In this document: positions 25,627 through 34,396 of the stretch, one piece after another | Position numbering within the stretch: the first letter of the stretch is position 1 | Layout: the number at the start of each line of letters is the position of its first letter | Assembly (NCBI GenBank): GCA_026415575.1 | Contig: JAOAGV010000009.1 | Location: 1,059 to 65,058, forward strand | Direction: 5' to 3' | Source: Candidatus Sumerlaeia bacterium | GTDB taxonomy: Bacteria; Sumerlaeota; Sumerlaeia; JADFCW01 | Length of the DNA: 64,000 bases | Made by a program: the position numbers and the translations under genes | Notes under the pieces: model-generated | What the model saw: only the letters and a program-made list of their open reading frames with translations | What the model was told of the DNA's origin: nothing | Database searches by the model: none

Positions 25627-27162
25627 TTATTTTTTCGTGGCGGCCTTTTTGTCCTTTTTTGTGAAGGCCGCCTTCTTTTTCGCGCCCGGTTCCGGCAGCG
25701 CGGTGAGAATATCGCCTTCCTTCGGTCCGCCGCCGAATTGCTTCCAATACAACTCCTTGAACGGATTGACCGGCGGTCCGACGGCGTCCTCGTTTTCGAG
25801 GCACGGCAGAATCTCCTCCCACCAGCGGTCATAGGCCGCCCGCATCCCGGCGACCACCTCCGGATATTTCTCGATTACGTTGGTGGTCTCGCCCGGATCG
25901 CTCTTGATGTCATAGAGTTCCGCATTGTTGACCAGCCGGAAGCGGAGCGTGCGCACCGCGCAGCGCGCATATTTCGACTGCGCCGCCTGCCCTTTGGCCC
26001 ACCGCCCGACATGGACAAATACATAGCGTTCGGGCCACGGGGCCGCGGAATCCTTCAGCAACGGCACCAAGCTCCGGCCGTCCAGCTGCAGGCCGTCCGG
26101 GATTTTTCCTCCCGCCAGTTCGGCAAACGTTGGAAAGATGTCAATGTGCGCAGTCAGCTGGTCAATATCCACGCCGGCCTTGAGAACACCCAACCATCGC
26201 CAGAACGACGGCACGCGCGTCCCGCCCTGATATGGCGTGCCCTTGTTGCCGCGCATGCCGGCGTTGTAAAGCGAGCCGATCGAGTGGCCGTTGTCGGTCA
26301 TAAAGATGACCAGCGTGTTGCCCTCGATCCCCCACTCTTTGATCTTATCCAGCACCTTGCCGACGTTGGTGTCTATGTTGGTGATCATGCCGTAGTAGTT
26401 CTGGGCCTCTTCTGAAAGGCCGGAATCTTTGTAGAGCTCCAGTTCCGCCTTCGGGCTGATGTATGGGGCATGCGGCGTGTTGGGCGTGATGTAGGCGAAG
26501 AACGGCGTGCCGCTCCTGCGCCTTTCATCCATCCATCGGATTGCCTGCCCGAAAAACAGGTCGCAGCAATAGCCCTGCGTTTTTTCGAACACCCGGTTGT
26601 GGAGAATGGCCGGATTGAAGTAGGTGTTCCCCGGCGCGTCGCCGCAGCTGCCCGGATAGGTCTGGCCGATTCCGCCCCCGCCGTGAATATAAACCTCGTC
26701 AAAGCCGCGCTGATCGGGCTGATAGGGCGCCTCGTCGCCAAGATGCCACTTGCCAAAAATGCCGGTGGTGTAGCCGGCGGCTTTGAGCACCTGCGCAATT
26801 GTGGTGGCCTTGAGACTCATGCGCTCGCGTTCGAGGATGGTGTGCGTGACACCCGAGCGGAACTCATGGCGACCGGTCATAAGCGAACAGCGCGTGGGCG
26901 AACAGGTCGGACTGACGTGGAAATCCGTAAAGCGCGTACTTTCCGCATGCAAGCGATCGAGGTTGGGCGTTTTGATGATGGGGTTGCCGTGGCAGGCAAG
27001 TTCGCCGTAGCCTTGATCGTCGGTCATAATAAGGATGATATTGGGGCGCTTGGGGGAATCGGCGGCGGACGCCGGTGGCGAGGCCTGCAGGGCCGCTGCG
27101 ACCACAGCGGCCTCACTGGCGGTTTGCAGAAATTCCCGTCGGGTGATCCGAGACCGTTTCAT
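25627..27162 (-). CDS. Tat-exported sulfatase (formylglycine-dependent arylsulfatase family)
   Basis: Track ORF 25627..27381. The internal ATG 27162 is preceded by GGAAAGGAGAG. Twin-arginine signal MKRSRITRREFLQTASEAAVVAAALQA. NIILIMTDDQGYGEL and the CSPTR (C-x-P-x-R) active-site motif are present. The tail is lysine-rich (GAKKKAAFTKKDKKAATKK). Confidence 0.88.
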   Translation of the reverse strand: MKRSRITRREFLQTASEAAVVAAALQASPPASAADSPKRPNIILIMTDDQGYGELACHGNPIIKTPNLDRLHAESTRFTDFHVSPTCSPTRCSLMTGRHEFRSGVTHTILERERMSLKATTIAQVLKAAGYTTGIFGKWHLGDEAPYQPDQRGFDEVYIHGGGGIGQTYPGSCGDAPGNTYFNPAILHNRVFEKTQGYCCDLFFGQAIRWMDERRRSGTPFFAYITPNTPHAPYISPKAELELYKDSGLSEEAQNYYGMITNIDTNVGKVLDKIKEWGIEGNTLVIFMTDNGHSIGSLYNAGMRGNKGTPYQGGTRVPSFWRWLGVLKAGVDIDQLTAHIDIFPTFAELAGGKIPDGLQLDGRSLVPLLKDSAAPWPERYVFVHVGRWAKGQAAQSKYARCAVRTLRFRLVNNAELYDIKSDPGETTNVIEKYPEVVAGMRAAYDRWWEEILPCLENEDAVGPPVNPFKELYWKQFGGGPKEGDILTALPEPGAKKKAAFTKKDKKAATKK

Positions 27163-27637
27163 GGGTTCCTCTCCTTTCCTGACAGGCGAAAACGTTGAGG
27201 ATTTCGGGCAGCAGAAGCGGTCTTTGTGTATCAAGGCACCCGTGGGTTTGTCAAAACACAAAATACGGGTAAATGAACCGGCGGCGGGAAGTTGGCAACC
27301 GTCGGGCTGAGAGGCAAATGCGCTCCTTTGGGGATTGTTGTCTTTGCGTGAGACCGTATTTGAACGATCAAAGAAGTACACAAAAAACCTGAATTTTTCA
27401 TTTGACAGGAAAAGGCCAAGTTTTCAAACTGCGCGCATGTTTTTGGCTTGAAGGTGTGACTGTAGCGCCCGTGCATCCAGAGTTAGAAACAACCCTCCCA
27501 TCTCTGCTTTGGCATGAACTTACCAATACGATGATCCGTCCGCTCGGACCGGATCAAACGAGCGGGGTGTTGTGTTCTATCGCCGGCTGCGGGCCTCGCA
27601 CCGGAATATTCTGCCAAGGAAAAGAGGTGTGGGTGGA

Positions 27638-27844
27638 ATGCCAATTGGCAAGGTAAAGTGGTTCAACGACAAGAAGGGCTATGGGTTTATTGAACGGGAA
27701 GGTGGCGGCGGGGATATTTTTGTTCATCACACATCTATCAAGATGGAAGGGTTTCGCACCCTGTCGGAAGGCCAGCGGGTTCAATTCGACGTCATTGATG
27801 GACCCAAGGGGCAGCAGGCCACCAATGTGATTCGCGTCGAATGA
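27638..27844 (+). CDS. cspA: Cold-shock protein (CspA family)
   Basis: MPIGKVKWFNDKKGYGFIEREGGGGDIFVHHTSI contains the RNP1 (KGYGFI) and RNP2 (VFVHH-like) motifs. 68 aa. Confidence 0.92.
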   Translation: MPIGKVKWFNDKKGYGFIEREGGGGDIFVHHTSIKMEGFRTLSEGQRVQFDVIDGPKGQQATNVIRVE

Positions 27845-27910
27845 CCGGACGGGAAGCCGTCAGGGGGACGCGAAAGCCGTTTGACGTGTGTCGTATTCCA
27901 GTTGGAAGAC

Positions 27911-27955
27911 AACCCACCGGGACAAAAGGTTGACTGGTGGGTTTTTCTTTTTTAC
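27911..27955 (+). terminator. Rho-independent terminator downstream of csp
   Basis: AACCCACC (27911-27918) pairs with GGTGGGTT (27936-27943) and is followed by TTTCTTTTTT. Confidence 0.7.
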
Positions 27956-28055
27956 TATTGCCACCAATTCACATTCCCCTGCTTGGGCGAAACAAAGACT
28001 GTAGGGCTGTCGTTTCCTCAGGCCCGTGCGGTGGAGGTCTTCGGAGGCAGTCACC

Positions 28056-31000
28056 ATGCCCAAAATGGATGCCTTGCTGAAATGGCTCGCAGCCGTGTTG
28101 GTGACCCTGATGGTCATCATGCCCGCCGGCTATGTTGCTGTGCTCGTGCATCTGGAGGATCAAGCCCGGCAAGATCGAGAGTTGATCCGCACGATGGACG
28201 GCCAGCCCGACGATCCGCTCAGCGTGATCGAGCAGCGTGTGATGGCGCGGCTGGGCCACCATCTGCGGTTCCATCAGAAAACCCTTTCGGCGGTCATACT
28301 GGCTTCGCTCATTGCCGCAGTGATTGGAAATGCTTTCTTTTTGGCGTTTTGGCGCCGGCAGCGGGCGCTACGCGAATCGGAAACGCGTTTCCGAACTCTG
28401 ATGGACAATATCCCCGTGGGCTTATATCGGAATACGCCCGGGCCGGAGGGGCGTTTCCTCATGATCAATCAGCCGCTCTGGAGGATGTTTGGCTATGCCT
28501 CGCGCGAGGAACTCATGAATGCGCCGGTATCGGAGTTATATCAAAACCCGGCCGATCGGGCATCGTTTTCGGAGCGGCTGCTCAACGAGGGCTCGGTCTC
28601 GGGCGTGGAGTTGCGGCTCAAGAAAAAGGATGGCACGCCGTTTTGGGCCGCCGTCAGCGCCAAAGTTATCCGCGACCCTCAAGGCCGACCGCTGTATTTT
28701 GACGGAATGATCGAAGACATCACCCCCCGCAAACAGGCCGAGTTGGAAGCGCAAAGACTCAAACAGCGCATCGAATTCATCCTCGGCGCCGCCCATACGG
28801 GACTCAGCATTATTGATTCGCAACACAATCTGCGCTACATAGACCCCGCCTCGCAAAAGGCCTATGGCGACCCCTCCGGCAGGAAATGCTACGAGTGTTT
28901 CCGCGACCGGACCGAGCCTTGCGCGGATTGTGGCGCGATGCAGGCGTTGAAACTTCGCCGGCAGGTCGTTCGCGAAGTGCAACTTCCCAAAGAGAACAAC
29001 CGCTGGGTTCAAGTCACGTCCATCCCGTTTCAGGACGAAAACGGCGAGTGGTTGGTGGCTGAGGTGGACGTGGACATTACGGAACGGAAACGGGCCGAGG
29101 CCCTGCTGCGGGAAAGCGAAGAGAAATACCGCACGCTGGTTGAAAACGCGGAGGAAAACATCGTTGTCCTTGACGCCGACGGCAGAATTCTCTTTATGAA
29201 CGCCGCGGCCGCCCGTCGCCTCGGCGGTCTCCCGGCGGACTACACCGGACGGGCCATCCCGGAAATGTATCCACCGGAAATTGCCGAGAATCTCATGAAA
29301 CCCATTCTCGAAGTGTTCCGCACCGGCGAGGGACGCACCGTAGAACTTCATTCCTCCTGGCGCAGCCAGCCGCGATGGTATCGCGTGAATTTCCAGCCGC
29401 TTCGTGCCGCCGACGGCACCATCCAATCGGTCATGTCGGTGTCTATTGATTTTACCGAGCGCCGTCAGGCGGAAGAAGAAAACCGCAAACTGGTGCGGGC
29501 GATCGAAAACGCAAAAGAAGGCATTTTGATTACGGATGTGAACGGAACCATCACCTTTGCCAATCGCGCCCTGCATGAATACTACGGCTACACGCCCAAC
29601 GAACTCATCGGCCGGCATGTTTCAATCCTCAACGCCCAAGCGGACCCCGTCGCGCAGTTTCAAACATACAAAGGCGCGCTCGAAACCTCCGGATATTGGG
29701 AAGGCGAGATCGCCAACAAAAAAAAAGACGGCACGCCGGTGATCAGCTACGCGCGGATGAGTGTGTTGCGCGACGACACAGGAGACATCATCGGCTTTCT
29801 CTCGGCCCAACATGACATCACGGAACACAAACGCGCCGAACGCATGCTGCGGATGATGAAAACCTCGGCCGACCGCGCTTCCGACGCCGTGTTTTGGAAC
29901 GACCGCCACGCCCGCTTCATCTATGTCAACGAAAAAGCCTGCGAATGGCTCGGCTACAGCCGCGAGGAATTGCTCTCGATGCGGGTCTTTGACGTGGATT
30001 CAGGCTCGACCCCTGAAACGTGGGAGGCCGAGTGGGACTATCTCCGCCAACAGCGCTCGTTTATGTTTTATCGCGAGCACCGCACCAAGGACGGGCGGAC
30101 ATTGCCGGTGGAACTGATCGCAAACTATCTGGAGTTCGAGGGGGAGGAATACTGCGTCATTTTGATGCGCGACATCACTGAGCGCAAACGCGCAGATGAA
30201 CAGTTGCGTGAAAGCGAAGAGAAATACCGGACGTTGGTTGAAACCGCCGGCGAGACTATTGCCACGGTCAACCGCGACGGCGTTTTTCTGTTTATGAACT
30301 CGACAGCGGCCGAACGCCTCGGTGGTCAGCCCGATCAGTTCGTTGGAAAAACCATGTGGGAACTGTTCCCGCAGTGGGCGGCTGACCGTCAAATGGCCAA
30401 CATCCGCGCAGTGATCGATACCGGCGAAAGTCGGATTGAGGAATCGGTTACCCCCGTTCAGGGGAAGCCGCGCTGGTTCCGGACACGTCTTCAGCCGGTT
30501 CGCAACCGCGCCGGTGAAACTGACGCCGTGCTGGTGGTCGCCATTGACATCACCGATCGCAAAAGCGCCGAGGCAGAATTGCTTAAGTTCAAGACCATCG
30601 CCGAAGAAGCCAACTACGGCACGGCCATCGCCGATACCGACGGATATGTTCAATATGTCAATCCCACTTGGGCGGCCATGCATGGCGGCACAGTCGAGGA
30701 CTTTCTCGGCAAGCACCTGTCTGTTTTTCATACGCCGGAGCAAATGGACAAGGTCCACGCGTTGAATCGCCGGCTGCAAAGTGAGGGCAACTATCAGATG
30801 GAGGAGGTGTGGCATTGCCGGCGCGACGGCAGCGTGTTCCCCGCCCTGATGAACGGCATGCTGATCCGTGATGAACAGGGCAAAACGCTCCTGATGGCGG
30901 CCACGGCCATAGACATTACCGAGCGCAAACGGCTGGAAGAAGAAGCGGCGACGGCCCGCGAGTTTGCCGAAAGCATCATTCGCACGGCCAACGCCGCCAT

Positions 31001-34000
31001 TATCGCGCTAGATCTCAAAGGCAGGGTGACCCTCTTCAACCGATTTGCAGAGGCCCTTACCCGACGGTCGAGCGGCGAGGTCAAAGGCCGCGATTTTGTG
31101 GAACTGTTCGTCCCCCCCGATTATCAGGAATCGGCGCGGCGGATCATGAGACGCTCCGAAAGCGGCGTTCCCGTGACAGAGTCCGAATTTCCAATTCTGG
31201 CCGGTGACGGCTCACGCCGCATCCTTCTGTGGAACACCGCCCCCTTGACGGACGGGCAGGGCCGCCTGACCGGCACCATCGCCGTCGGCACCGACGTTAC
31301 CGAGCTGCACCGCTATCAGCGCGACATGGCTGCCATTTTTCAGGGCGCCGGCGAACCCATGCGCGTCGTGGCACTGGACGGCCGCACCCTGCGTGCCAAC
31401 CGCGCCATGGCAGAGGCGTTTGGTCTGCCGGTTGAGCAATTGGAAGGGCGGCCGTGTGAGAACCCGCCATATTTTCGCCGCGGACTCAGCTCATTACGCA
31501 TGCTCAAGATGATTGCCTCGGGCGAGCCGGTTGTCCGCACGGAAAGCGAGGTGGAATTGCCCGCCGGTCAGACAGCCATCTTTCGCATGGTCGCCACGCC
31601 GTTGCGCGACGAACAGGGCGCCGTCGTGGGCATGATTGAATCGCTCAGCGACATCACGGCGCGAAAGCGCGCCGAGGACGCCTTGCGCGAGTCCGCCCGC
31701 ACACTCGAGGCAAAAAACCGTGATCTGGACAACCGCATGTGCGAGTTGGAGCAGTCGCGGCGCCAATTGGAAGACGCCTTTTCGCGCGAAACGCATCTGC
31801 GGCGCCGCATCGAATCGCTCAGCGCTTTGGCCACCGAGCTGGCCGGCACCTCGCGGCTCGACGACTTGCTCCGCGCAATAATTGATCGGGGTTGCACGCT
31901 GGTCAAAGCCGAACTGGGCGCCATTCTTTTGGTGGATCCGCAGACGCACGAAATGGGGCCGGTAATTACCTCGAATTGTCCCCCGCCACCCTCATCGGCC
32001 AACCTGCGCATCAGGCCCGACGGACTCATCTCGCAGATTGCCGGGGGCCGCGTGCTGCTCAGCGAAAATCTGGCCGCTGAAACCAGCTTTAGCGGCTTCC
32101 CCGGACCATGGCATCCGCACGTACGGGCCGCTTTGGGTGTCCCTGTCCGCTTTCGTGGCCAGACACTGGCGGTGATCCTGCTGGGCCAAACTGAATCCGG
32201 CAAAACATTTACCCCAGAAGACCGCCAAGTCATCGAGACCCTCGCCCACCTCGCTGCGGTGGCCATCCATACCGCCCGGCAATTTGCGCGTCTGGAAGAG
32301 GCGACGCGGGCCAAGAGTGCTTTCCTCGCCAACATGAGCCACGAAATCCGCACGCCCATCAACGGCATTATCGGCATGACCGAGCTGGCCTTGCAGAGCG
32401 CGCCGGACGATGAGATGCAAGGCTATTTGAACGTGATTCGGGAGTGCTCGCAGGCGCTGCTGGCGTTGGTCGAAGACATCCTCGATTTTTCCCGGATCGA
32501 AGCCGGACGGCTGGAACTGGTGGCCGAGCCGTTCGATTTGGCCGCGGTCATCGAAGGCGCGGTCGCCGTGGTCGTACCCCATGCTGGCACCAAGCAGCTG
32601 GACCTGATCTGCCGAGTCCGGCCCGACGTGCCCCAGCACGTCATTGGCGATGCTGCGCGACTGCGGCAAGTGCTGATCAATCTGCTGGCCAACGCAGTGA
32701 AGTTCACCGATGACGGCGAGGTGGAGTTGGATGTTCGGGTTAAAGAGCGGCGGGGTTCCCGCGCGACACTAACCTTTTCCGTCATGGATACGGGTATCGG
32801 AATTCCGGCCGACAAGCTGGCGGTGATCTTCGAGGAGTTTCGTCAGGGCAACGGCTCGGCCACGCGCCGCCACGGCGGAACCGGTTTGGGGCTGTCTATC
32901 TCGAAACGGCTGGTCGAATTCATGGGCGGCCGAATTCGGGTCGAAAGCCAACCCGGGCTGGGCAGCCGCTTCCAGTTCGACCTGACGCTGGACGTGCCGG
33001 CGGAGGCCGAGCCGTCCGAACCGATTCCGCCGGCGCTTCGCGGCAAGCGCATTCTGGTGGCGGAACAGAATGAGCGCCAGCGGGCCGCGCTGGTCGAAAC
33101 CTTGAACGCGTGGGGATTCCGCTGCGAGCCGGCGTCAGCAGCCGACGAGGTGGTCAAGAAAATGGACGCGGCCGTGCGCGCCGATACTCCTTTTGAATGT
33201 CTCTTGCTGGACTTGCGGTTGGTCGAACAAGCCCCGACCCTGCTCGGCGACCTGACCCGCCGCACAGGCGGCGGCGCACTGGCTGTCGTTGCGCTGGTTT
33301 CGCCGGCCTCGCACGTGCAGCAGCGATTCCATCGCGAGCTGGGCTGGCAAGTCCAACTGATCAAACCCGCCTGTCATCCTCGCCTGCGGTCGGCGATGAT
33401 TTCCGTGTTCAGCGAAACGGCTGTGCCGCGCGCGGATACTGCCGGTGCGGAGCAGGCGAAAGTGCCGCCGGCTGGGCCGCAAATTCCGGCCGGCCGAATC
33501 CTGTTGGTCGAGGACAATGCGATCAACCGTCAAGTAGCCGCCGCACTTCTTCGGAAGCAACACTACGAAGTGGAGATCGCCGCCAACGGTTTTGAAGCGT
33601 TGGAAGCGCTCGAACGGCGGCCCTTCGACGCGGTTCTTATGGACATCCAGATGCCTGACATGGACGGCTGCGAGACCACGCGGCGGCTCCGGGCCAACCC
33701 CCGATTCGCTGCATTGCCTGTCATCGCCGTCACGGCCTATGCCACCCGCGGCGACCGCGAGCGATGTCTTGAGGCCGGCATGAACGACTACATCGCCAAG
33801 CCGTTTCTTCCCGAACAAATGTATGCCGTATTGCAGAAATGGATCGGCGAAACGAAATCGAAAGCGGCCGCTGCGCTGCAATCGGCGCCGGCCGAGCCCA
33901 AAACGGCGCATGACGGACCGGACTCGCTTGTGGATTTCCGCGCTGCGCTCCGCCACTGCGCGGGAGACCGCGAGTTGCTCCGGACAACCGCCCAAACGTT

Positions 34001-34265
34001 TTCGGACAACCTCGTCAAAAGCATTGCCCAACTCCGCGAAGCGACGGCACAGGGCGACTGGGCTGCCGTCCGGCGTCTGGCGCACAACCTCAAGGGCAGC
34101 GCTGCAACGGTCGGCGCCATACGTGCCTACGCCCTTGCCATCGAGCTGGGCAAGGCCGCGCAGAATGCAAATAGCGACGATGCCCGCGCGCTGATCGAGG
34201 CTTTGAACGAACAAGTCGAACCGTTGCGCCGGGCCTTTGATACGCTCTTGCAGAGCGGCGAGTGA
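28056..34265 (+). CDS. Giant hybrid sensor histidine kinase: 2 TM, 9 PAS/PAC modules, GAF, HisKA, HATPase_c, two receiver-like domains, Hpt
   Basis: Track ORF 28026..34265; ATG 28056 follows GGAGG. Nine modules each end in a D(I/V/F)TxRK-type linker (ITPRKQAE, ITERKRAE, FTERRQAE, ITEHKRAE, ITERKRAD, ITDRKSAE, ITERKRLE, VTELHRYQ, ITARKRAE). H-box FLANMSHEIRTPINGIIGM (His codon 32340-32342). G2 box GTGLGLSISKRLVEFMGG. Receiver LLVEDNAINRQV...VLMDIQMPDMDG (Asp codon 33642-33644). Hpt motif AHNLKGSAATVGA (His codon 34083-34085). Confidence 0.9.
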   Translation: MPKMDALLKWLAAVLVTLMVIMPAGYVAVLVHLEDQARQDRELIRTMDGQPDDPLSVIEQRVMARLGHHLRFHQKTLSAVILASLIAAVIGNAFFLAFWRRQRALRESETRFRTLMDNIPVGLYRNTPGPEGRFLMINQPLWRMFGYASREELMNAPVSELYQNPADRASFSERLLNEGSVSGVELRLKKKDGTPFWAAVSAKVIRDPQGRPLYFDGMIEDITPRKQAELEAQRLKQRIEFILGAAHTGLSIIDSQHNLRYIDPASQKAYGDPSGRKCYECFRDRTEPCADCGAMQALKLRRQVVREVQLPKENNRWVQVTSIPFQDENGEWLVAEVDVDITERKRAEALLRESEEKYRTLVENAEENIVVLDADGRILFMNAAAARRLGGLPADYTGRAIPEMYPPEIAENLMKPILEVFRTGEGRTVELHSSWRSQPRWYRVNFQPLRAADGTIQSVMSVSIDFTERRQAEEENRKLVRAIENAKEGILITDVNGTITFANRALHEYYGYTPNELIGRHVSILNAQADPVAQFQTYKGALETSGYWEGEIANKKKDGTPVISYARMSVLRDDTGDIIGFLSAQHDITEHKRAERMLRMMKTSADRASDAVFWNDRHARFIYVNEKACEWLGYSREELLSMRVFDVDSGSTPETWEAEWDYLRQQRSFMFYREHRTKDGRTLPVELIANYLEFEGEEYCVILMRDITERKRADEQLRESEEKYRTLVETAGETIATVNRDGVFLFMNSTAAERLGGQPDQFVGKTMWELFPQWAADRQMANIRAVIDTGESRIEESVTPVQGKPRWFRTRLQPVRNRAGETDAVLVVAIDITDRKSAEAELLKFKTIAEEANYGTAIADTDGYVQYVNPTWAAMHGGTVEDFLGKHLSVFHTPEQMDKVHALNRRLQSEGNYQMEEVWHCRRDGSVFPALMNGMLIRDEQGKTLLMAATAIDITERKRLEEEAATAREFAESIIRTANAAIIALDLKGRVTLFNRFAEALTRRSSGEVKGRDFVELFVPPDYQESARRIMRRSESGVPVTESEFPILAGDGSRRILLWNTAPLTDGQGRLTGTIAVGTDVTELHRYQRDMAAIFQGAGEPMRVVALDGRTLRANRAMAEAFGLPVEQLEGRPCENPPYFRRGLSSLRMLKMIASGEPVVRTESEVELPAGQTAIFRMVATPLRDEQGAVVGMIESLSDITARKRAEDALRESARTLEAKNRDLDNRMCELEQSRRQLEDAFSRETHLRRRIESLSALATELAGTSRLDDLLRAIIDRGCTLVKAELGAILLVDPQTHEMGPVITSNCPPPPSSANLRIRPDGLISQIAGGRVLLSENLAAETSFSGFPGPWHPHVRAALGVPVRFRGQTLAVILLGQTESGKTFTPEDRQVIETLAHLAAVAIHTARQFARLEEATRAKSAFLANMSHEIRTPINGIIGMTELALQSAPDDEMQGYLNVIRECSQALLALVEDILDFSRIEAGRLELVAEPFDLAAVIEGAVAVVVPHAGTKQLDLICRVRPDVPQHVIGDAARLRQVLINLLANAVKFTDDGEVELDVRVKERRGSRATLTFSVMDTGIGIPADKLAVIFEEFRQGNGSATRRHGGTGLGLSISKRLVEFMGGRIRVESQPGLGSRFQFDLTLDVPAEAEPSEPIPPALRGKRILVAEQNERQRAALVETLNAWGFRCEPASAADEVVKKMDAAVRADTPFECLLLDLRLVEQAPTLLGDLTRRTGGGALAVVALVSPASHVQQRFHRELGWQVQLIKPACHPRLRSAMISVFSETAVPRADTAGAEQAKVPPAGPQIPAGRILLVEDNAINRQVAAALLRKQHYEVEIAANGFEALEALERRPFDAVLMDIQMPDMDGCETTRRLRANPRFAALPVIAVTAYATRGDRERCLEAGMNDYIAKPFLPEQMYAVLQKWIGETKSKAAAALQSAPAEPKTAHDGPDSLVDFRAALRHCAGDRELLRTTAQTFSDNLVKSIAQLREATAQGDWAAVRRLAHNLKGSAATVGAIRAYALAIELGKAAQNANSDDARALIEALNEQVEPLRRAFDTLLQSGE

Positions 34266-34396
34266 GGGAAGCCCCACATGATCCAGATTCACCACTCCGG
34301 TATCCGCGTCCTTTCCTGATTGACAATCGGCGGTTTATGTCCAAAAAGATCTAATAGTGCCGTCATGGTGAACGGGCGCGTGGGGGTTTGCGCAAC

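Noticed and set aside
27403-27431. TTGACA hexamer upstream of csp as a promoter call
   Set aside because: There is no convincing -10 hexamer at 16-18 nt spacing. It is mentioned in a finding but not reported as a feature.
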